Source of the DNA: Pavona decussata
Lineage: Eukaryota
Length of the DNA: 64,000 nt
Direction: 5' to 3'
Assembly (NCBI GenBank): GCA_977016875.1
Contig: CDRNST010000067.1
Location: 2,294,001 to 2,358,000, forward strand
Part shown: piece by piece, positions 34,355 to 47,000 of the stretch
Position numbering within the stretch: the first letter of the stretch is position 1
How the letters are laid out: each line of letters starts with the position of its first letter
Made by a program: the position numbers and the translations under genes
Notes under the pieces: generated by a model
The model's input: the letters and a program-made list of their open reading frames with translations, nothing else
What the model was told of the DNA's origin: nothing
Databases searched by the model: none

Positions 34355-37300
34355 ATGAAAATGAAATTCTTGGGGATTACTGAAACATCAAAGGTTCTAG
34401 TGCTCGCCAGTATATTTTTTCATGGTAAGTTAAATTTAATTTTTTTTCTCGCATTTATTTACCGGATTCATGCAAAAGCCTAAAAAAAAAACAAAAGAAA
34501 AACGTTCTGGGTGTAAAGTCTGTTCCATATGTGTCAGGATGTATTTCTGACTAGTTCCTGTGGTGGGTTACCAACTGCTCCATCGTAAAGGCTTTCAAGA
34601 AAGCATTTTGTCAGCTTTCCCGGTTTTCTCTTTATACACCAGAAAAGATGACAACCCGGTTGAAACCACGTGGCCATCAGGTTTCCGCACAGCCCGGAAA
34701 AACATGGCTTTGATTTTCACTCTGCTGCTCGTGACGAGCTTAAATTCAGTTGCTTACAAATTTTAAAAGCAGTTCATTTACTACTTCCCAACAGGGTCGT
34801 GGGGAGACTCAGATCCATGTTTCTCGAACCAGGTTCTTCAAGGCGACGACAGAAGCGCGGCCATACATGAAGAGTTTGCGTACAAATGTGATGATTGTCT
34901 CAACAAAGGCTGGTATCGTTTCGTCAGCAAAGGAATACCCATGGAGATGGCAACTGAAAGAGTGTCGGTGAATAGGTGAATGACACATACAGTTTGAGAT
35001 AAATTTGATTAGTAGCAGGTTGGACGGTAACATACCAAGGGCACCTAACCAAAATACTCAAACTACTGTTTCCTGTATTCATTTACAGATCATTTTATTG
35101 TATTCTGAATGTATATATCTGTAAACCAATACAGTTTCATCAGTTAGAATACTTTACCTGAAAATTTAATTGCCAGAAACAGCAGAAAGAACGGCACTTT
35201 ATTCGCCAAGGTTACCAGCTGCTGTCTGCTGTACGGTGTTACGCACGTCAAACGACTTATCTTTCAGATGGCTCGGCTTTCTTTGTTCCTTTTGGGAGAA
35301 TATATTCAATAATTCCTGGCAATCTGAGAAGTTGGTGGCGGCTTTGATTGTAACAGGCGAGAGCAGAGCGGAAACAATGGCTGATTCAACATATTCACAG
35401 TTCAATCCGAATTTCGTAGGCGACGATCCGTTGGTTGCTTTGAGGTACATAGCTGGCAATGACGAGTCCTGGGGATGGGGGATGAGGTACTCCCTATAAT
35501 GGACTGTACGGGGAGGCGCAACCCCAAAGAGGTGCCTTTTTCTATCAGGAAGTATATGAAAAGGTCACGGGAAGATATGTCATTTAGGTACTTAAAAGAT
35601 CCTTTTAAAATATCTCGATCTCGAACAGACCCACCCATAAGGGAGAGCTGCAATGTTTTCTACGCCTGGCATTTCAATAGGGTTCAACAGTACCATTTTC
35701 TATAGAAGCTATATGAAAAGGTTATCTTTTCTGTCAAAAATGGTATTTTAAAGGGTAAGGGTTTTGGACCTCGGGGCAGAGCCTGACTGTGTGAAACTTT
35801 GTTATGAGTACTCCCGAGAGGAAGAGTGGAGTACTTTCCTTCGTTTCATGTTCACTGATACATACCATGTGGCTCTGAGGCGTGTGACAAACAAAGCTGC
35901 CAACTCACTGCATTGGAAACGCGCACTTCTGGGCTGAGTTGCTCGAAGCATGGTTAGCGCTAACCATTGATTAAGAAGTATTAAAACCTATAGGTTGTCA
36001 TGGTATTTAACCTGGGTTAGCGCTAACCATGCTTCGAGCAACTGGGCCCTGAAGTTTAACCAAAGACTAAATCAAACGGTTCAGGATATGTTTGATAAAT
36101 AATGTAAATCATTGACCCGCGGCTTCAGTAAATTACAAGCACGCTAATGCGAAAATAGTCCCAAAAAGCTGCGGTAACAATTTCTACAGATAAATTTTCG
36201 CCATATTTCATAACTAAAAACAAAGTTACAAAGCTTTCAGTCCGTAATGAGTACAATGAACGACCAAAGTAGGATAAGGTATATCACAAACACTACACAG
36301 GGGGGATCCAGGATTTTTGAAGAGGGGGTGGCTGACCCGACAGAGCGATATCGAAAATTATGATTAGAATTAATAAAGCAACAAAATAGCACTATATCGT
36401 GATTTTATCGCGTAGTAGGCTGTGATCACAAACAAGCAACCCTACCAATTATTACACCCCAAACCAGTGAAGACCCCAGCATTCTCCTAGTTCTCTGCTA
36501 ATCTGGATTGTGTGTTCATGCATTGCGACTTTGTCGGCCAAGTCGGATTGTCGGACGGTAGTCATTGCGTTCCTAACCCATGTGTGTAGTGATCTTTCAG
36601 CCTCCGTGCTTCCCATCTGTAACACCGCAAGGATCGTTAAAAGTTCTCGGATATTAGGAAAGAACATGCTAGCATGTGTCTATGAGGCAAGTTGCTGAAA
36701 CTTCGTCTGACTCTGCTTGTCGCTTCCAGTAATTGGTCCAGCGCAACAGGTAATTTTGAAAGATTGACGGAAGTTGTCTTGCGTGATCCCACTTCTGTTG
36801 CAGTACCAGTTTACCAAAATCAGCCATGGCTTCTTCGGACTTCGTGACGATTACAGTAGGAATGAGAGCACAGAGTTTGTAATGTGCCTGCTTTTTTTTT
36901 GCTAAAGTGAGATTTCAGTTCTGAGAAAATTAGGCGCAGCAAAGGTATTGCCACTGTTCGCTTCCAGTACTGTACCACTGAATCTGTTGGGGGTGTTATC
37001 CCAATTCCGCTGTCTACGGCAAATACGCGGACATTGTTCAGGAGATCCAACTAGTTCTGAAAGAGTTAAGACCTTTTCGTACATGCGTTCGAACGACGAC
37101 TTTCGATTTCATTTCCAGTACACTTCAACTAGGTGGCCTTGTAGAGCAGCAACGAGCGGTCGAATTGGTTCCAAAAGTTCCTTTGCGCAAACAAGGCCCA
37201 AATATGTCCGAAGTTTGTCATGCTGTGCTTCAGTCCATTGTTTTAGTGTGTGTGTCCCAGCTCCATTCTTCATCATTAGAAGCGGTCGTCGAGTCAGTTG

Positions 37301-37818
37301 TTATACTTTTGTTCCCTTTTATAATTTCAACCTTAAACGACCCAGGCATGGCAAGCCACCCAATCCCTGGATCCGCCCCTATCACATTTGTGTTAGCGCT
37401 GGTGTGTAACACCTTTGAGTTCATTTCCCGCATATTAATTATTCAAGTGTGATATTTGCAAGCTTAAAACGACGCTACGTGTACCAAAATCAAAAGCAAG
37501 GTAAAATTATAGGTATTGTTGTATAGTTTATCCTGACTCATTTTTACTCTGTATAGGTGTGGGACGTACGCTTCAGTTTGGTTGAATCGTCAGCATCCCT
37601 CTTCTGACCAAGGTATCGTTATTGGTCAGACATGTGCCAATATTGCAAACTTAACAATGGAGTGTCCGTGGCCATGGATCATCAGAATAAAGAACTGTGG
37701 AGAGTTTTATATTTATGAACTGATACCCACGCCGTACTGTCCAATGAGATATTGTACCGTTAGGAAAGCCTTACAAGCAAGTCCAGCGGACATGGCACTG
37801 TTAGAAGGGGCCTCATAA
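34355..37818 (+). CDS. Secreted uromodulin/GP2/OIT3-like D8C (D10C) domain protein, 3 exons, about 170 aa
   Basis: Exons 34355-34424 (signal peptide, catg|gtaagt), 34795-34975 (DPCFSNQVLQGDDRS...KCDDCLNKGWYRF) and 37557-37818 (RCGTYASVWLNRQHP...IKNCGEFYIYEL...CPMRYC). Intron phases 1 and 2 are compatible. Confidence 0.85.
35477..35816. mobile_element. Decayed MITE-like repeat
   Basis: gg...gtactccctataatgg...gagtactcccg inverted termini. Confidence 0.45.
35932..36048. mobile_element. Short palindromic Harbinger-like MITE
   Basis: agttgctcgaagcatggttagcgctaacc...ggttagcgctaaccatgcttcgagcaact, with CTG on both flanks. Confidence 0.78.
36298..37381 (-). mobile_element. Internally deleted hAT DNA transposon in intron 2 of the D8C gene
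   Basis: TIRs cagggggga-tccagg / cctggatccgcccct. Transposase remnants YWKRTVAIPLL...SELKSHFS and the hAT dimerisation motif FPNIRELLTILAVL...STEAERS. TSD not recognisable. Confidence 0.8.
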
Positions 37819-38019
37819 GTAACGGACACTGCACTGTTAAAAAAGAAAAGTCTGAATAGACAATTCTAGAGAACATTGCAGTGGTCTGTCCCTTCATTCC
37901 TTCCATCATTCATTAACTTGCTTGTTCGTTAATTTAGTGAATTAATGTATTCATGAACCTGGAGAAGTTAGCCTTTCCTTCAAAGGCTGTCTCGTAAATC
38001 TGTTTTTTCTTTTTCTTTT

Positions 38020-38059
38020 TCTTCTTCTTCTTCTTCTTCTTCTTCTTCTTCTTCTTCTT
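38020..38059. repeat. (CTT)n microsatellite
   Basis: Direct reading. Confidence 0.9.
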
Positions 38060-39166
38060 TGCTTATCATTAGAATCTTGAGCAGTCAACACACACGAAAG
38101 TTCTCACTTTTCCAATTCTTGGTCACGTGGTCCTTATGTAGGCTTAGTTGTGCCAAGGAATGCCGAAACATTACGTAAGGCGCTCACTGATTTGTAACTT
38201 ACAGCTTACGCCTTCTCGCCGTAGACTCTTGCTTTCCCTGCACGAAACCCAAACAGAATGACTGGAAGGTTTCAAAACAGGTTAAGATACAAACAAATGC
38301 TTATAAAATTGGATCAAAACTTCTTGACAGACTGTCACAAATGCTTCAACATTATTATAACCAAAATAAACCCAATTTACCAGTTGTTGGCTTTCTAGTT
38401 TTCGGAGTTCTCCTGTTGACAGGATGATATCACTTTTCCGTCGCTTATTCAAAATTGAACAGCTTTTTATCCTTATTATTACTTCTCTTTTTCAATAAAG
38501 GCCTGTATTATTGTTGTCAAGGGTATGTTTTTAAAAAATAGTGATTGTGACAAAATCCTTTAACCATCCTAACAAGTAAGTGATAAAAAATAAGTACCGT
38601 AACCAGTCCTTCGCACAAATAACTGTGTAAAGTTCTTAATCCAAGCACGATCGTTACCGAGTCCAGTTGAGGAGACGATAGGAGCGGATATGCAACTGAA
38701 GATACACATTGTACTCAACGATAACAACGTGTTTTTGTACCGAGAAGAATTAAAACAAAATGAATGCTACAGTTAAATATGATATTAGCAGTCGGCACAT
38801 GCAACCTATCAGACACAAGTTAATGCTGTGCACTTCTGTTCATTTCCCCCCTTTTTAAAAGTGACAGATGATTTTTTTTGTTTTGCATTCACGATAAATA
38901 TCAGCTCAGTTAATTCACTTCCTTTCTAAAGCAAGTTGAGACTGTTACAATACAATATTTTTCAATAAAAAAAACTTGACGGAGTTATTGCTGGGGTAAG
39001 AACCGACATGACTTCCTTTGAAAACAAAGCCCAATTCTTAGAAAGTAGAAAATAAAAACGAATAAATAATTATTCACAACTTTTTTTAACATAGTTCAGT
39101 TCTTGCCTGATGTTCGTTAAAATCAATCATCAGTGTTCATTTATTTCATGCAAAAGCAACTCTCGC

Positions 39167-40147
39167 TTAGCGAAGTTCCAGTTCAATATTATTCGAATTT
39201 GTTCTGTTTATTTTTAACAAGTCCTTGAAGGCCTTTCGAAACATCTTATTTCTGCAACAATATATGACTGGGTTACAGAGAGAATTAAGAAAAACAAAAG
39301 AACCGCAAAGAGGTTGTGACAAAGTTATCACATTGAAAGCATTGCTACTGCTCTTGCGAAATGTAGTTATCATTCCAAGGAAAATGAATGAGGGAAAATA
39401 ACAGAAAACCAAAGTTACGATAATTATCCTTGTAGTCTTGAGAGCTTTGTTTTCTTTTGCAAAGTTAGCTATAGCTTCTTGTGAAACTTGCTCAGACTTG
39501 ATCTGTCTCTCGTGTCGACGCGTTACAAAATAAACGGAAATATGACACAATACAATCGTGACAATGTTAAAAAATGAAAAAGGGATACCTACGGTCTTAA
39601 TGACAATTTCTAAGTCTTCTGATATGCTGTACAAAATAGCAGGTAAACTTGCAATAACCCAAGAACAAACAACAGCTACTGTTACTGTGCGTGTTGTAAC
39701 AATTGTGGTATAATGCAAAGTGTACTTCATGGCTACCAAACGCTCCATACTAAGAAGATTCAGATGAAAGAGAGATGTGAAAATAGGAATAAAAAAGACG
39801 AACAAAGTCCTTTTGAAGAAGCTGCAGTATTGAGTTAAAGATACACCTTTTAAGACTTCAGTTTGAAGAGCAATGAAGGTAGGCTGAACTCCTACTCCGA
39901 CTAATACATCAGTCGCCGCCAAGCAAGCCAACAGAATACTGTAGTTGTTTCGGAGTCTGGGCATTGTTTTTACTGCCACTATCACCAACACATTCATAAC
40001 GATTGAGAATAGACAGCTGATGGCGTTTAGAATAATGGATGTTATTGCAAAGCCATTCTTTTCCACGCGGTATTGCATACTCCAAACCATCTCGTTCATA
40101 GGACAGCTTGGAATGGCGAATCCTTGCTTGGAATCACTGGCGTTCAT
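39167..40147 (-). CDS. Class A orphan GPCR, second family, copy A
   Basis: 7 TM helices, LAATD, ERL, CYFP, NPVIY. Start ccaccATG at 40147 (the ORF-track start is TTG). N-glycosylation sequon NAS. Confidence 0.93.
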   Translation of the reverse strand: MNASDSKQGFAIPSCPMNEMVWSMQYRVEKNGFAITSIILNAISCLFSIVMNVLVIVAVKTMPRLRNNYSILLACLAATDVLVGVGVQPTFIALQTEVLKGVSLTQYCSFFKRTLFVFFIPIFTSLFHLNLLSMERLVAMKYTLHYTTIVTTRTVTVAVVCSWVIASLPAILYSISEDLEIVIKTVGIPFSFFNIVTIVLCHISVYFVTRRHERQIKSEQVSQEAIANFAKENKALKTTRIIIVTLVFCYFPSFIFLGMITTFRKSSSNAFNVITLSQPLCGSFVFLNSLCNPVIYCCRNKMFRKAFKDLLKINRTNSNNIELELR

Positions 40148-41344
40148 GGTGGACAAATGTTTACGTGGTTACGTGTTTCCCGAAGCGAAACGAAAAAAAT
40201 TTTAGTATTAAATCGTTTAGAGTTTAAGTGAAATAATGTTTAGATTATTAACTCAAGAGACTGTTGTTGTACAGCATTAGCGGACAAAAGAATAGCTAAT
40301 ACCAATAGCGAGGAGGTTAAGAGGGTAAGGTTTTTTTTAACGTTTCAAACGTAACGTTTATAAAAATCAAGGCCGGACTTTTCGTTTTAAAATTTAACTT
40401 GGAAATTTTGGGTCACATGAAAAAAGAATATTCTCAAAATAATAAACCAAATGTCTTCCTTTAACCGATGAGTGTGTTCCACCGTTGATCAAAGAGTCTA
40501 ATCTCCTTCCTCGGTGTTACAAGTGGCAGGAGGATGATCATTGTTCCAACTGGCAGTTCTTGCAATTCACAAAACAAAAGTATTACTTTCGGGTGAAAGG
40601 AATTATTCTACCAACTATACAGTAGTGACGGGTATTGATTAATCCCTTAAAATTTTCAAGTGCTCGCAAAATGCTGCTCGACTAACTCAAAATGGTTTTC
40701 AAGGGTGCTCTTCAGGCGCTCGTAGATTTTTCGCAAGTGCTCGCCCCCATTTATTTTCGGAATCTCGTGAAAAACTGCTGACTGAAATATTTAAATTTTT
40801 GTGTAAAGTAGTGTATTTTCAGTTCAGAAAAAAACACCACTGGATGGAATTGATGTAACGTTTACTCTGTCGGTGGTAAGATGCGGATGAAAAAAATTGA
40901 GAATAAATAAAAATTCTTTAGAGCGTCAAGTTTGAGAGCTTCCGCTGACATTCAAAACTGAAAGCTAAACAGCAACTTGTTAAACTTTTAAAATGTGTCT
41001 ATTGCTTGCGGAAATTTCCTGAAGTGTTCGCTGCTCGTAAATTTATACAAATACTCCAGATCTGGGCACGTGACTCTTTAAGCAATATACAGTTACATAA
41101 GTTAAACACCAAGTTCATGTAACATTGAAAGCGTCGACGTACCTTCGATTCTGTCATTGGGTATCTATATGGATTATTGAAAACTTCTTTATGATTGCAG
41201 TGCGAATGATTTTTTTGTCGTTTAAAAACTATTCCCAAAGTAGCCAATATAAAGGTCATGTAATCTTTATAGCTCTCTTAAGTATAGTGATGGTAGTGAT
41301 GAATGGAGTCAGTTTGTTCGCTTTATGTTCACTGATACATACGA

Positions 41345-41620
41345 TAAGCGCTAATCGTATGGCCCCTACTAACAACACGCAATAACATATGTATTAAAGC
41401 GTTTCTTGTAACGTCCGTTTACAGAATATTTTAGCTATTTCGTCACTTCCATGGGACGTTAAAACTTAGGCACAAACATGTGCTATATATGCTGTCCTAT
41501 GTCAGTTGTATTCATTCCCTGAAGAAGTCTCCGATAGAGACGAAACGCGTCGGAAATAAACGAGAAGTATACAACTACAAGACGTCTTCCGTTGTGCTGC
41601 TCACTAGTCTTTGTTAAAAA
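41345..41620 (+). mobile_element. Probable Penelope-like element terminal repeat fragment
   Basis: Interrupts the duplicated block and contains a minimal hammerhead followed immediately by AATAAA. Limits approximate. Confidence 0.5.
41515..41555 (+). ncRNA. Minimal type-I hammerhead ribozyme (Penelope-associated type)
   Basis: Stem I ttcc/ggaa; core CUGAAGA 41519-41525; stem II gtctc-cgata-gagac; GAAA 41542-41545; palindromic mini stem III ACGCGU; cleavage triplet GUC 41549-41551. Confidence 0.82.
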
Positions 41621-41627
41621 GTTAAAA

Positions 41628-43855
41628 AGTGAAATTATTTCCGAATTTCACGAGTATACCATTTGATTACCTTTTTTAAAATATCATTGGTGACAAATTG
41701 CGCTCACAATCGTGACTTGTTTATTGTACGAGAACTCCAAGCATAAAGTTTAAAGCAAACATTTTGTCTAAAGTTCACAATTTTCAGCATTTCTCGACAA
41801 AAAGCCCTTTCAGATCCTTCTTGCTGTTTACAAGACCTTATAAATGTTTCAAAGTTGAGGCAACTGTCAAATCTTCCTTAGCACTAAGAAGATCCTAGAG
41901 GGCGGATCATCCCAGCGCCACGTGTTTGCTCTATTCAGTTTACATGCAAAAAGTTGCACTTGGCCCTGGCGCTAGGATCTTCCTAGAGATAGGTACTTCC
42001 TAGCTGAGAGATCCTAGCACTAGGAAGATCCTAGCACCATGTAAACTACTTTCGCTTGGAAGATCCTACAACTAGGGACAAAAAGAACAAACATGGCGGC
42101 AGCCGGGTGTTCAGCTGCTCAAGGCCGACAGTTACTCTTCTTTTCCTTCTTCACTTGGTAACCTTTTCAACCGAAATTTCTACATATTAAACTAAACGAA
42201 AAGTTGTTTCGCCTTCTCAGATCTTCCTAGTGCTAGGATCTTCCTCCCTCCATGTAAACAGCCCCTTATATGATTGGCTATAGTCATGACTGAACTGAAA
42301 ACGGCGCCCATGTAAAATGCGCTCAAAATTGCTCACGAGGCCATTTCTGTATTTGACTTCGTGTTAAGACGTTTTGAAGTATAAGTTGAGGCTAGAAGTT
42401 TAATATATGGCCAAAGCAAACTGGCCAAGATGAAATTCAAGCGAAAATATCAAAGTTAAAACTTTAAGAGCTGGCAAGGCACATGGTTGCGGACAACATC
42501 ACGGCTCGTTGTGCAGTGAAGATGAAGCGTTAGCCCGGCTGTCCTTGGTTGACTACATTACAGTTATGGAAATTGTAGACGTGGCCACTGCTAACCGCTA
42601 CACTGGACTGAATAAGCAGCTGAAGGGGAGGAATTCGACTGGTTGTCTGGTAAGGTTAAACTGGATTTCTTTGCCATCAGTCGTGTTAGATAGTTTTCGC
42701 TGTTCGTGTTCGTTCCCAGAGTCGTATGCTTCAACGCTTTGTTCTTGTCGATGGCCAGTTATTATTATTATTACTTCGATTTTGGAACTCCCTTGGCTTT
42801 TTGCTTCCTGACCACCGTTTTCCGGACTGAGTGGTTGGATAATCTTTTGTCAGGGCGCATTTCTTGTGAAAGTGAGTTTTGTTTCATGCTTTTCATAATT
42901 TTGCTGGTGGTATTTTTACCCATTCGGCTTTCTTGTACCATACGTCTGTTTTGGTGGGGTTGTCGATGCACGCTAAGTAGAAAGGACCAGATAACTTTAA
43001 ATCTTCAGGCCTCTTGGACAGGTAACTCTTAAAAAGAGCGACAGGGCACCGTGATTCACCAGTTGCGAACATTTGGTGTAGCACAGACCTCGGCTGAACT
43101 CGCAAACCTCCTTGTCGTGTTTTTGTCGGGCCTTCTGCGAAGGTTACAAACTCGTTGCCGTTGTCGTCTTTATTCAGCGTGAAACCCTCCACATTCATTG
43201 GGTAATGTTCTTGGCAGCCATGAAGACCAAGATGCCGTGACAGGAGCCACCACATCATATTAAGGAGTGACCTTGGAGATGAATTTCCAAGCCGTCCGCT
43301 TTCCCACAAAGCTTCTTCTTCCTCTCTTGTTAGGCTTCTTGACTTATTTGGCAATTTTCCTTTACCTTCATTTGTTGGCTTACGCGCCTTTCCCTCAGCT
43401 CAAGAACTTTTCGGGAATTGAAAAATTCTCTGTCCTTTATAATTGAAAAAGGATAACCTTTCTCATTCAAGTGGCGGTCAAGTGCTGCTTGCATCACCCC
43501 AGGTTCGTAGTCGGTTCCATCTTGTTTACGCACAAGCGGAAAAAAACAGCTCAAATACTTCATCCAACTGCTCAGGACGAACCGTCTCAGGGTTTTTCTC
43601 AAGGCCATTTTCGTCACACCAGTTCTCAAAAACCCTCATCCACTTAATTGTGCTCTTTCGCGTATTTAGGTCTTCTCCAGCGTCTTTTAATGCCGTAACT
43701 TCTTTCATCCGTAACATCTTTAAACCTGGACGCCATCTTAGCACCGAGATATAGGAAACGTTGCCATAGCAATTTTGTAATTTCACATGTGAAATTATAA
43801 ATTAACGCTGAAAGTTCGCGCCAAAATTAAGGAATAATTTGTTACCCATGATATT
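41628..43855 (-). mobile_element. Decayed Crypton (tyrosine recombinase, DUF3504/ZMYM-KCTD1-QRICH1-like) element
   Basis: Frameshifted ORF pieces at 42600-43740: VRKQDGTDYEP, LTREEEEALW, LGLHGCQEH, TKTRQGG, RCPVALFKSYLSKRP, LSNHSVRKT, ITGHR. Inverted repeats at 41680-41699 and 43836-43855. Confidence 0.85.
41872..42266. mobile_element. MITE remnant nested in the Crypton
   Basis: Multiple direct and inverted aagatcctagcact units; end catgtaaacagcccctta. Confidence 0.55.
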
Positions 43856-44007
43856 ATGTAAAGTTCTTAATTCAAGCACGATCGTTACTGAGTCCAGTTG
43901 AGGAGGCGATAGGAATGGATATATGCAACTGAAGGTACATATTGTACTCAAAGATAACAACGTGTTTTTGTACCGAGAAGAATTAAAACAAAGTGAATGC
44001 TACAGTT

Positions 44008-47000
44008 CTTCACCTTGGGCTGACACCTTGCCGTGGTGGTGAAGCTTGTGTATCTCAATGACCCAGAGAGCTGTGCCGGCGGGGACTGTGGTCCCTGGCA
44101 GGTCTAACCATGCCGGATTGGTCGAAGGGTAGAGGCCAGACGAAGAACAGCCCCTGGTCCTCCAGATTGGGGGTTGGGCGGCGGGCTGATAACCCGCTCC
44201 CAGAAAATGTTATTTATTACAGAAACTGAAACTAGAACTACCACTGCACCCTATCGGGAAGCAGGGGTAAAAGGTGTTAACACGCGGTTGGAACAACGTG
44301 CGAAGCAGCGAATGTCGCAGAAACCGCCGACGAAATTGCTATCGCCAAAAGCGTGTGTGAAGATCGAGCAATGAATGTAAGGACAATGTTTGAGACTGTT
44401 AAATGTGCCCAGGTGATCAAGGAGATGCAAAAGTATGGTATTAGCATTCTGGGAGTAAGTGAAATGAGATGGAACTCTTGTGAGAAAATGAGGGCAGCTA
44501 CAAGCGAAACTGTGCTATACTCAGGAATGGATGAAGGTGGAAATCACGAGAAGGGAGTTGGCTTCATTCTGTCCAAAGAAGCTGCACAATGTCTGCTGGA
44601 ACGGGAACCAGTGTCTGAGAGGATAATCAGAGCCAGGTTCAACTCGAGGTGGCAACAGGTTACCATCTTGCAATGCTGTGCCCCAACAAATGAGGCAAGG
44701 AGGAAGCGAAGGATGATTTCTACGACCAGCTACAGATGGTTTTGGAGCAGGTGCCATGCAGAGATGTGAAGATCGTCATGGGAGATATGAATACTAAGGT
44801 GGGGTAGGCAATACAGGCAGGGAGGAGGTGATGGGTAAGCATGGAGCAAGAGCTGAGATGAATGAAAATGGTGATAGATTGGCAGACTTCTGTCAGGCAA
44901 ATGAACTGGTAATAGGTGGAACGCTGTTCCCCCATAAGGAGTGTCACAAGCGGACATGGAGGTCTCCTGACGGCGGTATTGTGAATCAGATCGACCACCT
45001 AGCATTTAGCAAAAGATGGAGGAGCTCCCTGCGGGACGTTTGCGCGATGCACGGGGCAGACGTTAGGTCGGACTACCACCTGTTGATGGCAAAAGTCAGG
45101 CTAAGGATTGCCAAAGTGAGAAAGGGAGAAAGTGGCCGAGTGCATTTTGAGGCCAGGAAGCTTAAAGATCTGGAGGTTAAGAACGCATTCAAGCTAGCGC
45201 TGTACAATAGATTTGAGGGTCTGCAGCAGTTGATGGAGAAGGAGGAACTGTCAGTGGATCATGAATGGAGGCAGATCGAACAGGGTTACGTGGAGACTTG
45301 CGAGCAGGTACTGGGTAGGGCAAAGGCAAATAGGAAGGAGTGGATCAGCAAGGAGGCTTGGGAGATAATCAAGCAGCAAAAGGTGACAAAAAACCCCGCA
45401 AACATGTCCAGAACGAGAAACCAGAAGAGAGAGCCAAGTTTAAGATACCAAGAGTTCAACAGGGAGGTGAAGAGGAGGTGTAGGAGAGACAGGAGGGTGC
45501 ATGTGGAATCAGAAGCTTAGAGAGCTGAGAAGGCTGGAAAGAGAGGTGCCGTAAGGACTTTGTACGAGATCACCAGCAAGCTAAGTGGGAGATTCCAGAA
45601 TACGTGTAAGCCAGTGAGAAACGAGGCAGGCGTGTTACTTAGGACAGTAGAGGAGGAGATGCACCGGTGGAGGGAGCACGTTCAAACAGTGCTTAACCAT
45701 GAAGAGCCGCTCAACCCGCCAGAGATGAAGCCAAGTGACGAACTGAACATCAGGACAGGTCGCATCACACGTATTGAAATCAAGAATGCTATAAAGAAGT
45801 TAAAAAACGGGAAGGTTGCAGGAGGTGACAATATTCCACCAGAGGCAATTAAGGCGGGAGGGAATACATCAGAGGAGGTTCTTCTGAACCTCTGCAACAG
45901 GATATGGAGTGAGGAGAAAATACCAGAGGAGTGGAGGAAAGGTCTGCTAATAAAGCTGCCCAAGAAAGGTGATCTGAGCTGCTTTAAAAACTGGCGTGGC
46001 ATCATGTTGCTGAACATGGCAAGTAAGTTAATATGCAGAGTGATCCTAGAGCGCATCAAAACTGCGCTGGATGAAAAGCTGAGAGAGGAACAGGCGGGCT
46101 TCCGAGCGGGCCAAAGCTGTACGGATGAAATAACAACACTGCGAATTATTGTAGAGCAGAGTATCAAGTGGCAGTCCTCCTAGTACATCAACTTTATAGA
46201 TTTCGAAAAGGCCTTCGATAGTATCAGCAGAGATATTTTGTGGGGGTTGTTGCGGCATTACGGGATGCCTGACAAGATAGTCACCATCATCAGAGTTCTC
46301 TATGAGGGTTTCTCCGCAGAGGTGGTACACAATGGGCAGAAGAATCAACCATTGAATATGAGGACTGGGGTAAGACAAGGCTGCCTGCTATCTTTCTTGC
46401 TGTTTCTGGTCGCCCTGGATTGGGTGACGAGGACAGCCTTTGACAAGAAGAGAGGTATCTAGTGGACCTTTACGACATCGTTAGTAGACCTTGACTTTGT
46501 GATGATCTGGCCCTACTGTCGCTCAGAATACAGGATATGAGGGATAAGACCCGGGCCTTGGAGGTACAAAGTGAAGGTAGGCCTGATCATGAAGATCAAT
46601 GCCACCAAGACAAAGCCGATACGTATTGGTACTAAACGTGGCGATGGTGTGTCGGTCTCTGGGGAGCGGGTTGAAGAAGTGGACGAGTTCACATACCTTG
46701 GGAGCATTGTAAGCAAGAAGGGAGGCACTAATGAGGACATTCAGTCACGAATTGGAAAGGCAAGACAGGCATTTGCGATGCTGAGATCGATATGGCGATC
46801 CACGGCACTAACAACCAATACCAAGCTGAGAGTCTTTGGGTCAAATGTGAAGGCGGTGCTCTTGTATGGTTCTGAAACTTAGAGGCTGACCAAGGGACTG
46901 GAACAGAAGCTGCAAGTGTTAATCAATAAGAGCCCGAGAAACATTTTGCGGATTTGGTGGCCTAGACAAATCATGCAGCAACAAGAAGCTTTGGAGACAA

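Noticed and set aside
34704-34766. MALIFTLLLVTSLNS as signal-peptide exon of the D8C gene
   Set aside because: No good phase-1 donor; exon 34355-34424 has a perfect GTAAGT in the right phase
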